Of a stretch of DNA of 64,000 nt, positions 20,236 through 31,329 are shown piece after piece. A program made the position numbers and the translations under genes. Source of the DNA: Candidatus Scatovivens sp. (GTDB lineage Bacteria; Bacillota; Clostridia; TANB77; CAG-508). Within the stretch, counting starts at the first letter, position 1, and every line of letters starts with the position of its first letter. Below the pieces are notes generated by a model. The model saw only the letters and a list, made by a program, of their open reading frames with translations. It was not told the origin of the DNA and made no database searches. Where the stretch lies: contig JAZRKN010000011.1 of NCBI GenBank assembly GCA_045646345.1, forward strand, positions 1 through 64,000, in the 5' to 3' direction.

Positions 20236-23200
20236 TTATTTTTTTAATGAAGTTTCTTTTTCATTTACTAAATTTTCTATTTCAATAGCTTTTTTAGATT
20301 GATTTTTTCTTTTTAAATTATCTTTTGCAACAGTTGTTAAAAGTTTTATTCTATTTGTTTGATTTGTTTCACTTGCTCCTGGGTCATAATCAATAGGAGA
20401 AATGTTAGCATAAGGATATTTTTCTCTAATAGATTTTATGACTCCTTTTCCAACAACATGGTTTGGAAGACATGCAAATGGTTGAACGCAAACAATGTTA
20501 GGTATTCCATGTTCAATATATTCAATCATTTCTGCTGTTAAAAACCATCCTTCACCAGTTTGATTTCCTATAGATAAAATGTCTTTTACTTTATCTTCAA
20601 GTTCAAAAATATTAGCAGGAGGTAAGTAACCTTTTTTTGATTTTGCAAGTTCTTTTGCTAAATCTTTTTCTATTATTTCTATTAATTCAATAACGAATTT
20701 GAATATTTTGGCTTTTTTCTTATCAGTTTTTAATAAAGTATAATTGGTTGTTTTATGCGTGCAAACAAATTTTATAAAACCCATAAAATCAGGAGAGATA
20801 ACTTCAGCACCTTCTTGTTCTAATATTTTTATTACTTCGTTATTACCAAAAGGATGATATTTAATTAAAACTTCGCCAACAATACCTACTTTTGGTTTTT
20901 CTATAGAGTTATCTAATGCTATTTTCTCAAAATCTGCAATCATATCTTTTATGCTTTGTTTAAATTGTTTTGCCGTTGCTTTTGCTGATAATTCTTTACA
21001 TTTTTCAAGCCATTTTTCATAAAGTTTTTCTGTTTCGCCTTTATTTATTTCATAAGGTCTATTTCTCAATAATAATTTTTGTAATAAATCACCGTAGAAA
21101 ATTGCTCTAATTAGATTTGCTACCATTGGTATAGTTATTTTAAAACCAGTTGATTTTTCTAGTCCGACAACATTAAAAGAAATAACAGGAACATGTCCAA
21201 AACCAGCATCTTTTAAAGCCTTTCTAATAAAACCAATATAATTTGTTGCTCTACATCCACCACCAGTTTGAGACATGATTAAAGCAGTTTTATTTGTGTC
21301 GTATTTACCGGATTGAAGAGCTTCAATAAATTGACCGGTTGTTAAAATAGCTGGATAACAAGCATCGTTATTAACATATCTTAATCCTGTTTCTACTGTT
21401 TTTTCAGAACAATCTCTTAATAATTTTACTTTATAACCTAAATATTTTAATGCGTGTTCAAATAATTCAAAATGTATAGGAATCATTTGAGGTATTAAAA
21501 TTGTATAACCATCATCTTTCATTTCTTTTGTGAATGGTATTTTGCTAACTTGATAATTGCCAAATTCTTGAGAAGTATTTGAGTCAGTTTTTTCAGATTC
21601 TTTTTGAGAAATTCTTTTGTTCATACTTGCTAAAAGTGATCTTATACGTATACGAATTGCTCCTAAATTGTTAATTTCATCTATTTTTATTAATGTGTAC
21701 ATATTGTTATAGCTTTTTAGAATTTCTTCAACTTGATCTGTTGTAACTGCATCAACACCACAACCAAAAGAATTTAATTGAATCATTTCTAAGAAATCAT
21801 GTTTTCCAACAAATTCTGCAGCATCATATAATCTAGAATGATATACCCATTGATCTACAACTCTTAATCTTTGACTAACACCTTTTTCAGGATCACAAAT
21901 ACTATCTTCAGATAATACACATAGTCCTAAACTAGTAATTAATGTATCTATACCGTGATTAATTTCAGGGTCTACGTGATAAGGACGACCTGCTAAAACT
22001 ATACCTCTTAAATTGTTTTCTTTAATATATTTAATTGTTTCTTTACCTTTTTTTCTTATATCTTTTTTGAAGTTTTGATATTCTAATTCAGCGGCTTCAG
22101 CAGCTTCTAATAATTCTTTTTTAGTGAATTTGTATTCTTTAAAATTATCGTCATCATAGATAATTTGTACTAAATTTTTAATATTATTAATAGGTAAGAA
22201 TGGGTTTAAGTATTTGATTTCAGGGTCTCTAAGTTCTTCAATATTATTTTTTATAACTTCTGAATATGAAATAACAATAGGACAATTATAATTATTATCT
22301 GATTGTTCATATTCTTTTCTATTATAAGGGATACAAGGGTAAAAGATTGTTTTAATTCCTTGATTTAATAAGCTCATAACGTGACCATGTGCAAGTTTTG
22401 CTGGATAGCAAACTGATTCGGAAGGCATAGATTCCATTCCTTTTTCATAAGTTTTTCTATTGGATTTTTCAGAAATTATTACTCTAAAACCTAATTTTGT
22501 TAGAAATGTGAACCAGAATGGGTAGTCTTCATACATATTTAAAACCCTAGGGATTCCGATTGTTCCACGATTAGCATCAGCCTCGGAAAGTGGACTATAA
22601 CTGAATAAGCGCTCGAATTTATATTTATAAATGTTAGGTAAATTTTTCTTTTCGGAATCTTGATTTCCGGCACCTTTTTCACATCTATTTCCAGAAATGA
22701 ATTTTTTCCCATTTTCAAAAGTATTTATTGTTAATAAACATTTATTTTCACAACCTTTACAACGAACATGAGAAATTTTTATATTTAATTTATCTAATTC
22801 GTTGGTTTTAAAGATTGTTGATCTATATGTCATATCTAAATTTGCATTAAATTGTTCTTGAGCTAAAAGAGCAACACCATAAGCCCCCATTAAACCAGCA
22901 ATGTCTGGTCTTACAACATTTCTTCCAACTACTAATTCAAAAGCTCTTAAAACAGCATCATTGTAAAATGTTCCACCTTGTACAACGATATTTTTACCAA
23001 GTGTTTTTACATCTCTAACTTTCATAACTTTTTGAATTGCATTTTTGATAATAGAATAAGATAAACCACTTGAAATATCTCCAACAGAGTAACCTTCTTT
23101 TTGAGCTTGTTTTATTTTTGAGTTCATAAACACAGTGCATCTTGAACCTAAATCAACTGGAGCTTTTGATTTTAAAGCTTCTTCAACAAATTGTTCAATA

Positions 23201-24588
23201 GATAAATCTAAGCTTTTTGCGAATGTTTCTAAGAAAGAACCACATCCTGAAGAACAAGCTTCATTAAGCATAATATTATCAATTGAATTGTTTTTTAGTT
23301 TTATGTATTTCATATCTTGGCCACCAATATCGATGATACTAGTAACTTTTGGTAAGAATTTTTTTGCAGCAGTGTAGTGAGCTATTGTTTCTATTTCATT
23401 TAAATCAACATTTAATGCTGTTTGAATTAATTTTTCACCATATCCAGTTACTCCACTATAGCGAATTACAACTTTTTCTGGTAATTCTTTATATAATTTT
23501 TTTAACATCGAAATTACACTTTTTAATGGGTTACCTTTGTTGTTTTCGTATAGGGAATAAAGAAGTGCGCCTTCTTTATCTATTAATACTAATTTTGTTG
23601 TTGTTGAACCGGCATCTATACCAATAAATGCATCACCATTATAGGTTTTAAGATCATTTCTTTTTACTTTATCTTTATCATGTCTTTCTTTAAACTCTTT
23701 AAAATCTTCTTTTGTTGCAAAAAGCGGATCTAAAGTTTTTCCTTCAACAAATTTTGCTTTTTTAAATCTATTTAATCTATTTTTTAATTCCTTAGAATCT
23801 ATTGTTTGTGTCTCTAACGATGCATATGCAGCACCTGTAGCAACTAATAAATGAGCGTTTTCTGGTATAATTATTTTTTCATCTGTTAATTTTAAAGTTT
23901 CAACAAATCTTTTTCTTAATTCGGATAAATAATTTAAAGGGCCTCCTAAGAAAGCAACTTTTCCTTTAATTGGTCTACCTTGTGCTAATCCACTTATTGT
24001 CTGATTAACAACGGCTTGAAATATAGAAGCCGCGATATCTTCTTTTCTAGCTCCTTCATTTAATAAAGGTTGAATATCCGTTTTAGCGAAAACTCCACAA
24101 CGAGAAGCAATAGGGTATATTGTTTCATAATTTTTTGATAATTCATTTAAACCTTCTGTATCTGTGTTTAAAAGTGAAGCCATTTGATCTAAAAATGCTC
24201 CAGTTCCACCAGCACAAGTACCATTCATTCTTTGTTCTATAAATTTATCAAAATATATAATTTTAGCATCTTCACCACCAAGTTCTATAACAACATCAGT
24301 TTGTGGAATTAATTTTTCAACTGCTGATTTGCATGCTATAACTTCTTGGATGAAATTAAGATCTAATATTTTCGCAATTTCTATTGCACCAGAACCGGTA
24401 AGGGACATTGTAAAAGTATTATTAGGATAATCTTTTACAAGTTTTGATAAAACATTATATAAAGTTGTTTTTGTATCTGAAAAATGTCTTTCATAATTTG
24501 AATAAACTATATTTTGCTCTTTATTTAATATAACGATTTTTACTGTTGTTGAACCAACATCTATTCCTACATGTAACAAATTATTCAT
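20236..24588 (-). CDS. 2-hydroxyacyl-CoA dehydratase activator-like fusion (two BadF/BadG/BcrA/BcrD ATPase domains + DUF2229 + dehydratase-like domain)
   Basis: GIDVGSTT...LGGEDAK...MNGTCAGGTG...ASRCGVFA; second copy GIDAGSTT...IGGQDMK...NEACSSGCG...GSRCTVF; GIPRVLN, SFGCG, QPFACLPNH. Confidence 0.9.
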   Translation of the reverse strand: MNNLLHVGIDVGSTTVKIVILNKEQNIVYSNYERHFSDTKTTLYNVLSKLVKDYPNNTFTMSLTGSGAIEIAKILDLNFIQEVIACKSAVEKLIPQTDVVIELGGEDAKIIYFDKFIEQRMNGTCAGGTGAFLDQMASLLNTDTEGLNELSKNYETIYPIASRCGVFAKTDIQPLLNEGARKEDIAASIFQAVVNQTISGLAQGRPIKGKVAFLGGPLNYLSELRKRFVETLKLTDEKIIIPENAHLLVATGAAYASLETQTIDSKELKNRLNRFKKAKFVEGKTLDPLFATKEDFKEFKERHDKDKVKRNDLKTYNGDAFIGIDAGSTTTKLVLIDKEGALLYSLYENNKGNPLKSVISMLKKLYKELPEKVVIRYSGVTGYGEKLIQTALNVDLNEIETIAHYTAAKKFLPKVTSIIDIGGQDMKYIKLKNNSIDNIMLNEACSSGCGSFLETFAKSLDLSIEQFVEEALKSKAPVDLGSRCTVFMNSKIKQAQKEGYSVGDISSGLSYSIIKNAIQKVMKVRDVKTLGKNIVVQGGTFYNDAVLRAFELVVGRNVVRPDIAGLMGAYGVALLAQEQFNANLDMTYRSTIFKTNELDKLNIKISHVRCKGCENKCLLTINTFENGKKFISGNRCEKGAGNQDSEKKNLPNIYKYKFERLFSYSPLSEADANRGTIGIPRVLNMYEDYPFWFTFLTKLGFRVIISEKSNRKTYEKGMESMPSESVCYPAKLAHGHVMSLLNQGIKTIFYPCIPYNRKEYEQSDNNYNCPIVISYSEVIKNNIEELRDPEIKYLNPFLPINNIKNLVQIIYDDDNFKEYKFTKKELLEAAEAAELEYQNFKKDIRKKGKETIKYIKENNLRGIVLAGRPYHVDPEINHGIDTLITSLGLCVLSEDSICDPEKGVSQRLRVVDQWVYHSRLYDAAEFVGKHDFLEMIQLNSFGCGVDAVTTDQVEEILKSYNNMYTLIKIDEINNLGAIRIRIRSLLASMNKRISQKESEKTDSNTSQEFGNYQVSKIPFTKEMKDDGYTILIPQMIPIHFELFEHALKYLGYKVKLLRDCSEKTVETGLRYVNNDACYPAILTTGQFIEALQSGKYDTNKTALIMSQTGGGCRATNYIGFIRKALKDAGFGHVPVISFNVVGLEKSTGFKITIPMVANLIRAIFYGDLLQKLLLRNRPYEINKGETEKLYEKWLEKCKELSAKATAKQFKQSIKDMIADFEKIALDNSIEKPKVGIVGEVLIKYHPFGNNEVIKILEQEGAEVISPDFMGFIKFVCTHKTTNYTLLKTDKKKAKIFKFVIELIEIIEKDLAKELAKSKKGYLPPANIFELEDKVKDILSIGNQTGEGWFLTAEMIEYIEHGIPNIVCVQPFACLPNHVVGKGVIKSIREKYPYANISPIDYDPGASETNQTNRIKLLTTVAKDNLKRKNQSKKAIEIENLVNEKETSLKK

Positions 24589-24788
24589 ATATTACTTAAT
24601 ATTAGTTTTTCACTAATAATCCTTTCATATATTTAGATTTTTTGGGAAATATCTATAAACCTTGTAATAAAACAATTAAGAATATGCATAAACATAACTT
24701 ATTTTTTTAAAACACAGAGCATAATATAACTTTTGTCGAATTTTGTCAACAATCGTAAGTTTTTCGAACGTTCATTCAAATAACTAAA

Positions 24789-24827
24789 AAAATAACAGAA
24801 ATGCTTTTAAACATTTCTGTTATTTTT
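24789..24827 (-). terminator. Terminator after the hemolysin III gene
   Basis: AAAATAACAGAAATG...CATTTCTGTTATTTT inverted repeat. Confidence 0.65.
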
Positions 24828-25489
24828 TAAAATATTACTATATATTTAAAGATAAATATGTATTCAAAAATACTTCCGATTAAGATAGAAATATGAAGGA
24901 TTTCATGAAATCCGAAGTGTTTAAAAATTTTATTTTTAGGTATTTTTAGAATATAAAGGATACCACTTATTGTATATAATAATCCGCTAATTACAAGTAA
25001 GCATAAAGAATATAATAAATTTGCTTCTTTATAAATATTAATTAATGGTGATATTGCAATTATTATAAGCCATCCCATTGTAAAGTAAATTGAATTTGTT
25101 ACAACTTTTGGAACTTTAGTCCATATTGCAGAAAGTAGTATTCCTAAAACTGCTAATCCCCATATTACTCCAAATAAACTCCATCCCCAAGCACCTCTTA
25201 AAGGTCCTAAGCAAATTGGTGTATAACTAGCTGCTATTAATATATATATCATAATGTTATCGAATTTTCTAAAAACATTTAATCCTTTTGGCCCAATATT
25301 TAACCAATGATATAAAGTACTAAATAGATATAGTAAAAATAATGATGTACCAAAAAGAGTAAAAGATACTATATCATAAGCATCTCCGTTGATTGATGCA
25401 AAAATTATAAGCAAAACTAAACCAGCAAGAGAAAAACAAGCACCAATGCAGTGTATTAAACCATTTGTAAAATCTCTTATTTTAGCCAT
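24827..25489 (-). CDS. Hemolysin III/PAQR family membrane protein
   Basis: 7-TM profile; STLYH, FRKFD..IYILIAASYTP, FGFHEILH motifs. Confidence 0.9.
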   Translation of the reverse strand: MAKIRDFTNGLIHCIGACFSLAGLVLLIIFASINGDAYDIVSFTLFGTSLFLLYLFSTLYHWLNIGPKGLNVFRKFDNIMIYILIAASYTPICLGPLRGAWGWSLFGVIWGLAVLGILLSAIWTKVPKVVTNSIYFTMGWLIIIAISPLINIYKEANLLYSLCLLVISGLLYTISGILYILKIPKNKIFKHFGFHEILHISILIGSIFEYIFIFKYIVIF

Positions 25490-25662
25490 AAAAAACTCCT
25501 TTTAAATTTTATTTAATTTTATAGCTGTAAATTCTTGAATTTGTGGATTATATAATACAACAATTTAGCCAAATAGTCAATAAAATAGGCTTATGAAAGA
25601 TTTTAAAATAAAATGAATAAATATTAATTTTGAGAATAGGATTTAAAAGAGGAGGAAAAGCT

Positions 25663-26214
25663 ATGCAAAAATGGATTATAGTAGTAATTATTTTTATAAT
25701 TATTTTATTAGGTATTTTTATTGTTCTTAATGTTGATATTGAAACGGAATACGTTCCGGAGTCAGAGTTTGAAGAACAAGACTTAAGAAAAACTATTGTT
25801 AGTTTATATTTTAAAAATAAAGAAACAAAAGTAATAGAAGAAGAAAATCGATTAATAGATTCAAAAGAATTATTAAAAGATCCATATGAAAAATTAATTA
25901 AACTATTAATTTCCGGACCAGAAAATTCTAATAATGAAAAAGTAATTCCTGAAAGTGTAAATTTAGAAAAAGTTAAATTTGAGAATGGAATCGTTTGTAT
26001 AAGTTTTAATCAAGAATTTGATAAATTATTGCAAGAAGAAAAGGATTTAATTTTTGAAAGTATCTACAAAACGTTAATAAAATTAAATGAAGTTTCTGAT
26101 ATTAGAATTATTACAGAAGAAAATATAAAAAATGAAATTGATAAAAATAAAAATACAACAAATCGCGAGGATGAAAATTTAGAAAAAGGGAATATAATCA
26201 GTAATAATGTATAG
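25663..26214 (+). CDS. GerMN domain protein with N-terminal membrane anchor
   Basis: LYF...E.R.I...LIKLLISGP....IP....L..V..ENG...ISFN..F....SIYKTL....V..I pattern; ATG 25663 follows GGAGG. Confidence 0.75.
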   Translation: MQKWIIVVIIFIIILLGIFIVLNVDIETEYVPESEFEEQDLRKTIVSLYFKNKETKVIEEENRLIDSKELLKDPYEKLIKLLISGPENSNNEKVIPESVNLEKVKFENGIVCISFNQEFDKLLQEEKDLIFESIYKTLIKLNEVSDIRIITEENIKNEIDKNKNTTNREDENLEKGNIISNNV

Positions 26215-26378
26215 AAAAAATGCCTTAAATTTGATTTTCGAAAGCGTGATTATATAGAGAATACAAGTATAAAAAAATCAGTAAAAAAATATATAAAATT
26301 TGAGATTTTGACGGAATAGTAAAATTATGATAAAATTATTTTTAGTTTTGAATATTATTTAACAAGTGGAGGGGAAAC

Positions 26379-27125
26379 TTGGAATTAAAAGAAAATGAAA
26401 GAATAGATGATTTAGAATATAAAGGACTAAAAATAATTCAAAATAAAGATGGTTTTTGTTTTGGTGTAGATAGTGTTTTATTGTCAGACTATGCAAAAAA
26501 TATAAAAAAGAATTCTAAGGTTGTAGATATAGGAACTGGAACTGGAATAATATCATTGTTATTATGCAAAAAAACAGAGCTTTCTAAAATTTATGGAATA
26601 GAAATTCAAGAAGATGTTGCTGAAATGGCTAATAGAAGCATTATTCTAAATAATTTAGAGCATAAATTTGAGATAATAAATACTAATATTAAAAATATAA
26701 CCGAAGTTCTAGAACCACATAAGTTTGATGTTGTTGTGACTAATCCACCATATAAAAAAGCAGATACAGGAGTTAAAAGTATAGATAGAAAACAACTAAT
26801 ATCAAGACATGAAGTAGAATGTACTTTAGAAGATGTTATAGAAAATGCAAGTAAGTTGTTAAAAGACTTGGGAGAATTCTATATGGTACATAGGGCAGAA
26901 AGACTTGCAGATATAATGTGTTTACTTAGAAAATATAAATTAGAGCCTAAAAATATCAGATTTGTTCATCCAAAAGCGAATGAAAAACCAGATTTGATTT
27001 TAGTTAGAGCTGTAAGATGTGCAAAAGAATTTTTAAAAATAGATAAACCTCTTGTAATATATAAAGAAAATGGAGAATATACAGACGAGATTTATAAAAT
27101 ATATGATAAAGTAAAAGGTGAGTAA
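26379..27125 (+). CDS. tRNA1(Val) A37 N6-methyltransferase (YabB/TrmN6 family)
   Basis: FCFGVDSVLL, DIGTGTG, NPPY, SRHE; adjacent to rsmI; TTGACG(26308)-17bp-TAAAAT promoter. Confidence 0.9.
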   Translation: MELKENERIDDLEYKGLKIIQNKDGFCFGVDSVLLSDYAKNIKKNSKVVDIGTGTGIISLLLCKKTELSKIYGIEIQEDVAEMANRSIILNNLEHKFEIINTNIKNITEVLEPHKFDVVVTNPPYKKADTGVKSIDRKQLISRHEVECTLEDVIENASKLLKDLGEFYMVHRAERLADIMCLLRKYKLEPKNIRFVHPKANEKPDLILVRAVRCAKEFLKIDKPLVIYKENGEYTDEIYKIYDKVKGE

Positions 27126-27960
27126 AATGAAGGGAAAATTATATTTAGTAGCAACACCAATTGGTAATTTAGAAGATATAACATTAAGAGCTTTAAGAAT
27201 ATTAAAAGAAGTTGATTTGATTGCAGCAGAGGACACAAGGCATACATTAGGATTATTAAATCATTTTGAAATATCCAAGCCTTTAATAAGTTATTATAAG
27301 CAAAATGAAAAAACAAAAAGTGAAATATTGATAGATAAGTTATTAGAAGGAAAAAATGTTGCAATTGTTTCTGATGCAGGAACTCCAGGAATTTCGGATC
27401 CGGGAGAAGAGATAGTAAAAGTAGCAATCGAAAATGGAATTGAAATCATTCCGATTCCTGGTGCTTGTGCTTTTGTAAATGCACTTATTGCTTCGGGATT
27501 ATCAGCTAAAGAGTTTTGCTTTATCGGATTTTTATCAGCAATAAAAAAAGATAAAAAAGATAAGCTAGAAGAAATAAAATATGAAACAAAAACATTAATC
27601 TTATATGAAGCTCCACATAAGTTAAAAAGCACATTAGAATCAATTTTAGAAACATTAGGAGATAGAAAAATTGTATTAGCAAGAGAACTTACAAAAATAC
27701 ATGAAGAATTCATTAGAGATAATGTTTCAAATATATTAGAAAGAATTGAAGAAGTAAAAGGTGAATTTGTTATATTAATAGAAGGAAATTCAGAATCGAA
27801 AAAAGACATAGAGCTTGCTGATTTAAAAAGCAAAAGTTTAGAGGAACATTATGAAGTATATGCAGCACAAGGATTTGATAAAAAAGAAATAATTAAAAAA
27901 ATTGCTAAAGATAGAAATTTAACTAAAAATGAAATATATCAATATTTTTTAAATAAATAG
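27118..27960 (+). CDS. rsmI: 16S rRNA C1402 2'-O-methyltransferase RsmI
   Basis: LYLVATPIGNLEDIT, AAEDTR, SDAGTPGISDPG, YEAPH, ARELTKIHEE. Confidence 0.97.
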   Translation: MSKMKGKLYLVATPIGNLEDITLRALRILKEVDLIAAEDTRHTLGLLNHFEISKPLISYYKQNEKTKSEILIDKLLEGKNVAIVSDAGTPGISDPGEEIVKVAIENGIEIIPIPGACAFVNALIASGLSAKEFCFIGFLSAIKKDKKDKLEEIKYETKTLILYEAPHKLKSTLESILETLGDRKIVLARELTKIHEEFIRDNVSNILERIEEVKGEFVILIEGNSESKKDIELADLKSKSLEEHYEVYAAQGFDKKEIIKKIAKDRNLTKNEIYQYFLNK

Positions 27961-28138
27961 ATAAAAATAAACATATCTAAGCTTGAAAAAAACAGGCAAT
28001 GGTATGTTTTTTATTTTTACTAAAATATGGTTATTAAAATTTGTTAAAAATATTGGTAAGATATTGTATTTTCAAGTCTAAAATGATATAGTATCTATGT
28101 AATATTAGAATAAAATTGGGTGTTTTGGAGGTTTTTTT

Positions 28139-29662
28139 GTGAATAGAGTAAGAGGAAGAAGATATGAAAGCGGCCCTAGAAAGCTAAATATGAAGAAAGT
28201 TATAGCTACAATAATAGCATTTATTGTAATTATAATGATTATTCTTTCACTAAAGAATTTATTAACAGGTGATGAAAGAAACAAAGAAGTTTCTTCATTA
28301 AAAACATATATTTCAGTAGTAGAAAATAATAAGTGGGGAGTTATAGACAATAAAGGAAACATTGTTGTTGATTTAGATTATGATGAAATGATTATAATAC
28401 CAAATAGAAATGAAGATATTTTTGTTTGTACTTATAATGTTGATTATAATAATGAAACTTATCAAACAAAAATCCTTGATGAAAATGGTAAAGAAATATT
28501 AAAACAATTTGAAGATGTTGAGGCAATAGAAAATAACGATGGCTCAACAATTTGGTATGAAGATAATGTTTTAAAATTCAAAAGAGACGGAAAATTTGGA
28601 TTAATTGATTTTGAAGGAAAAGAAATATTAGCTCCAGAATACGATAATATATATGCGTTAGCTAGTGCAGAAAATAGTATAGTTATAGAAAAAAACGGTA
28701 AAAAAGGATTATTAAATAATAAAACAAAAGAAATAATAATAGAACCAGAATATTTAGAAATATCAACTATTACAGAAAATCATGAAGACGGATATATAGT
28801 AAAAGATATTTCAAATAAATATGGATTAATAGCAAATGATAAAACAAAAGTATTAGAAACAAAATATGATGAAATAAAAAAAGTAACTGGAAATAATTAC
28901 TATGTAGTTGTAGAAGCTGGTGTTGTAGAAGTTATAAATAATGGGAAAGCAGTATTAAATAGTGGATTTGATAGTGTTGAAGAAATTAAAGTAGATAACT
29001 TTATAATTATAAAAGATGGAAAATACGGAGTTATTGATAAATCAGGAAATACAATTATTGCTCCAGAATATGAAAATTTAAAGTTTGGTGCAGCAGATTC
29101 ATTTGTTGCTCAAAAAGATGGAAAATATGGAATTATAAAAAACAATAATACAGTAGCAGTTGATTTTGCTTATGAAAGCATTAATTATATAGAAGAAGCC
29201 GACTTCTTTAGTGCAGAAAAAGAAAATTATTATACAGATATAATTGATAGAAAATTTGAAAAAGTATTAACAGATATAATTATTTCCGAACTAAATACTG
29301 AAAACGGTTATTTAAGAGTAAGAAAAGGTGAAGATTATAAATATTACAATTTTAAATTTGAAGAAAAAACAAATCATGAAGTATTAGCAACAAATACACT
29401 TTTCTTAGTAAAAGAAAATGGTAAGTATGGATATGAAAACAAAAATGGTGAAAGAATTGTTGATTGCATTTACGATGATGCAAAAGAGCAAAATGAATTT
29501 GGATTTTGTAGTGTAAAAAAAGACGGAAAATGGGGAGCATTGAAGTCAGATGGTACAATAGTTGTAGAACCAAGTAGAGATTTAGAAAACTACTTATATG
29601 TAGATTTTATTTCAGAATGGAATAGATATAACGACTTAAGAATAAATGTATATACAAAGTAA
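28139..29662 (+). CDS. WG-repeat (WG_beta_rep) protein with N-terminal TM
   Basis: Repeated KWGVIDNKG / GKFGLIDFEG / GKYGVIDKSG..IIAPEY units. Confidence 0.85.
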   Translation: MNRVRGRRYESGPRKLNMKKVIATIIAFIVIIMIILSLKNLLTGDERNKEVSSLKTYISVVENNKWGVIDNKGNIVVDLDYDEMIIIPNRNEDIFVCTYNVDYNNETYQTKILDENGKEILKQFEDVEAIENNDGSTIWYEDNVLKFKRDGKFGLIDFEGKEILAPEYDNIYALASAENSIVIEKNGKKGLLNNKTKEIIIEPEYLEISTITENHEDGYIVKDISNKYGLIANDKTKVLETKYDEIKKVTGNNYYVVVEAGVVEVINNGKAVLNSGFDSVEEIKVDNFIIIKDGKYGVIDKSGNTIIAPEYENLKFGAADSFVAQKDGKYGIIKNNNTVAVDFAYESINYIEEADFFSAEKENYYTDIIDRKFEKVLTDIIISELNTENGYLRVRKGEDYKYYNFKFEEKTNHEVLATNTLFLVKENGKYGYENKNGERIVDCIYDDAKEQNEFGFCSVKKDGKWGALKSDGTIVVEPSRDLENYLYVDFISEWNRYNDLRINVYTK

Positions 29663-29686
29663 CATAAGAAAAAGAGGTAAAAAATT

Positions 29687-30943
29687 TTGGAACTAATGAC
29701 AAAATATCAATATACGTATTTTATTCATCCGTATATTATTGAAGAAAGTAAATATGATAAATATATTTTAAAGTTATTAAGAGACAAAAAATGTACTTAT
29801 AAAATATTTGAGAAAGAAAAAGATTTAGATATATATAACTTTTTCTTACCAAATATAAGATCAATTATGTTTCCAACTTTTGAATTAAGAGGAGAAGCTT
29901 TAAGGGAGTTTAACTCTTTAAAAGTAGAAGATAAAAAGAAAAAAATAGCAAGAGATCCAGTTGCTTGTTTTTCATACAATTTTGCTGAAGACATTCAAGG
30001 AAAAGTTGGAACAGAAAATGGGATTTTCTTTAAAATAGAAGGTATTGAAATAATTTGTTTTAACAGTGGGATATGCTTTTTTACAATGAAAACTCATTTA
30101 GAAAATACTAATAAATTTATTGATTTATTAGATTTTAATTATAGATTTAAAGGTATAAATTCAGAATTTGCAGCTTTAAAAGATTATGAGAACATTAAAA
30201 TTCAAACAGATACTTTTAAAGATATGAGAGATATTTCGGAATTAATAAATCAAATTACAGGAATAAATACAAAATTAAAGAGTAAAGAAGAACAATTAAT
30301 AAATTCTCAATTTTACACATATTCATATGTTTGTGTAGAGACAAGTAATTGGAGTGAAAAAACAGATTTTATAAATATAGAAAATGATTTTCTAAAATTT
30401 GCAAATGTACTTCCAAGTAACTATAACTCAGATTTTAACAAAGCAAATTTAGAACATAATCTTCATATTATAGAAAGATTAAAATATGTAAAAACAACAA
30501 TATCAAATACAAGTTCTAACCTAATGTGTTCAGGTATAGATACTTATAACTATACAAAGTTACCATATGAATATGAAAATCAATATTTCTACTTATATAT
30601 ATTATCATTATATAAGAAGATGGTTTTACTTAGACTTAATGCTGATTTTAAGCAATATGATAAAATTGTTAAAAGAAAAAATATTTTCATCAAATTTACA
30701 AAAGAACTATGGAATAAAGAAATTACTTTAGATGATGGAGGCGCTTTATATTATAAAACGCTAAATAAGACATTAGAATTAGATGAATTATATACAGAAA
30801 TACAAAATAAATATGAAGTTATTTATAAAGATTTGAATATAGAGAAAAATAACAATTATTATTCAATTATAGTTATATTGTTAATCTTTTCGCTTGTATT
30901 TAACACTATAAATATAGTATTTTTAATGTATTTACTGTCATAA
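29687..30943 (+). CDS. Hypothetical protein with C-terminal TM helix (possibly CorA-like architecture)
   Basis: 418-aa ORF with a long helical segment preceding a C-terminal hydrophobic helix; no GMN motif seen. Confidence 0.55.
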   Translation: MELMTKYQYTYFIHPYIIEESKYDKYILKLLRDKKCTYKIFEKEKDLDIYNFFLPNIRSIMFPTFELRGEALREFNSLKVEDKKKKIARDPVACFSYNFAEDIQGKVGTENGIFFKIEGIEIICFNSGICFFTMKTHLENTNKFIDLLDFNYRFKGINSEFAALKDYENIKIQTDTFKDMRDISELINQITGINTKLKSKEEQLINSQFYTYSYVCVETSNWSEKTDFINIENDFLKFANVLPSNYNSDFNKANLEHNLHIIERLKYVKTTISNTSSNLMCSGIDTYNYTKLPYEYENQYFYLYILSLYKKMVLLRLNADFKQYDKIVKRKNIFIKFTKELWNKEITLDDGGALYYKTLNKTLELDELYTEIQNKYEVIYKDLNIEKNNNYYSIIVILLIFSLVFNTINIVFLMYLLS

Positions 30944-30957
30944 GTAAAAGGAATGTT

Positions 30958-31329
30958 ATGAAAATAGTAAACGGAACAGATATTGTAGAAATAAGCAGAA
31001 TACAGAGAGATGTAGAGCAAATAGGAGAAAGATTTTTAAATAAAATCTATACTAAAAAGGAAATTGAATATTGCGAATCTAAAAAAACTCAAAAATATCA
31101 AAGTTATGCGGCAAGATTTGCTGCTAAAGAAGCTTTATATAAAGCCTTAAGTAATAAAATAAATTTTGAATATAGTTGGAAAGATTTCGAAATTTTAAAT
31201 GAAGAATCAGGAAGACCATATGTTAAATTACATTTTAAAATAGAAGATTTAGAATCAATAGAAATAAGCTTATCACATTGCAAAGAATATGCTGTTGCAA
31301 GTGTAGTAGCAATATATAAGGAGAACTAA
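30958..31329 (+). CDS. acpS: Holo-[acyl-carrier-protein] synthase
   Basis: GTDIVEISRI, ARFAAKEALYKAL, GRP, ISLSH. Confidence 0.96.
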   Translation: MKIVNGTDIVEISRIQRDVEQIGERFLNKIYTKKEIEYCESKKTQKYQSYAARFAAKEALYKALSNKINFEYSWKDFEILNEESGRPYVKLHFKIEDLESIEISLSHCKEYAVASVVAIYKEN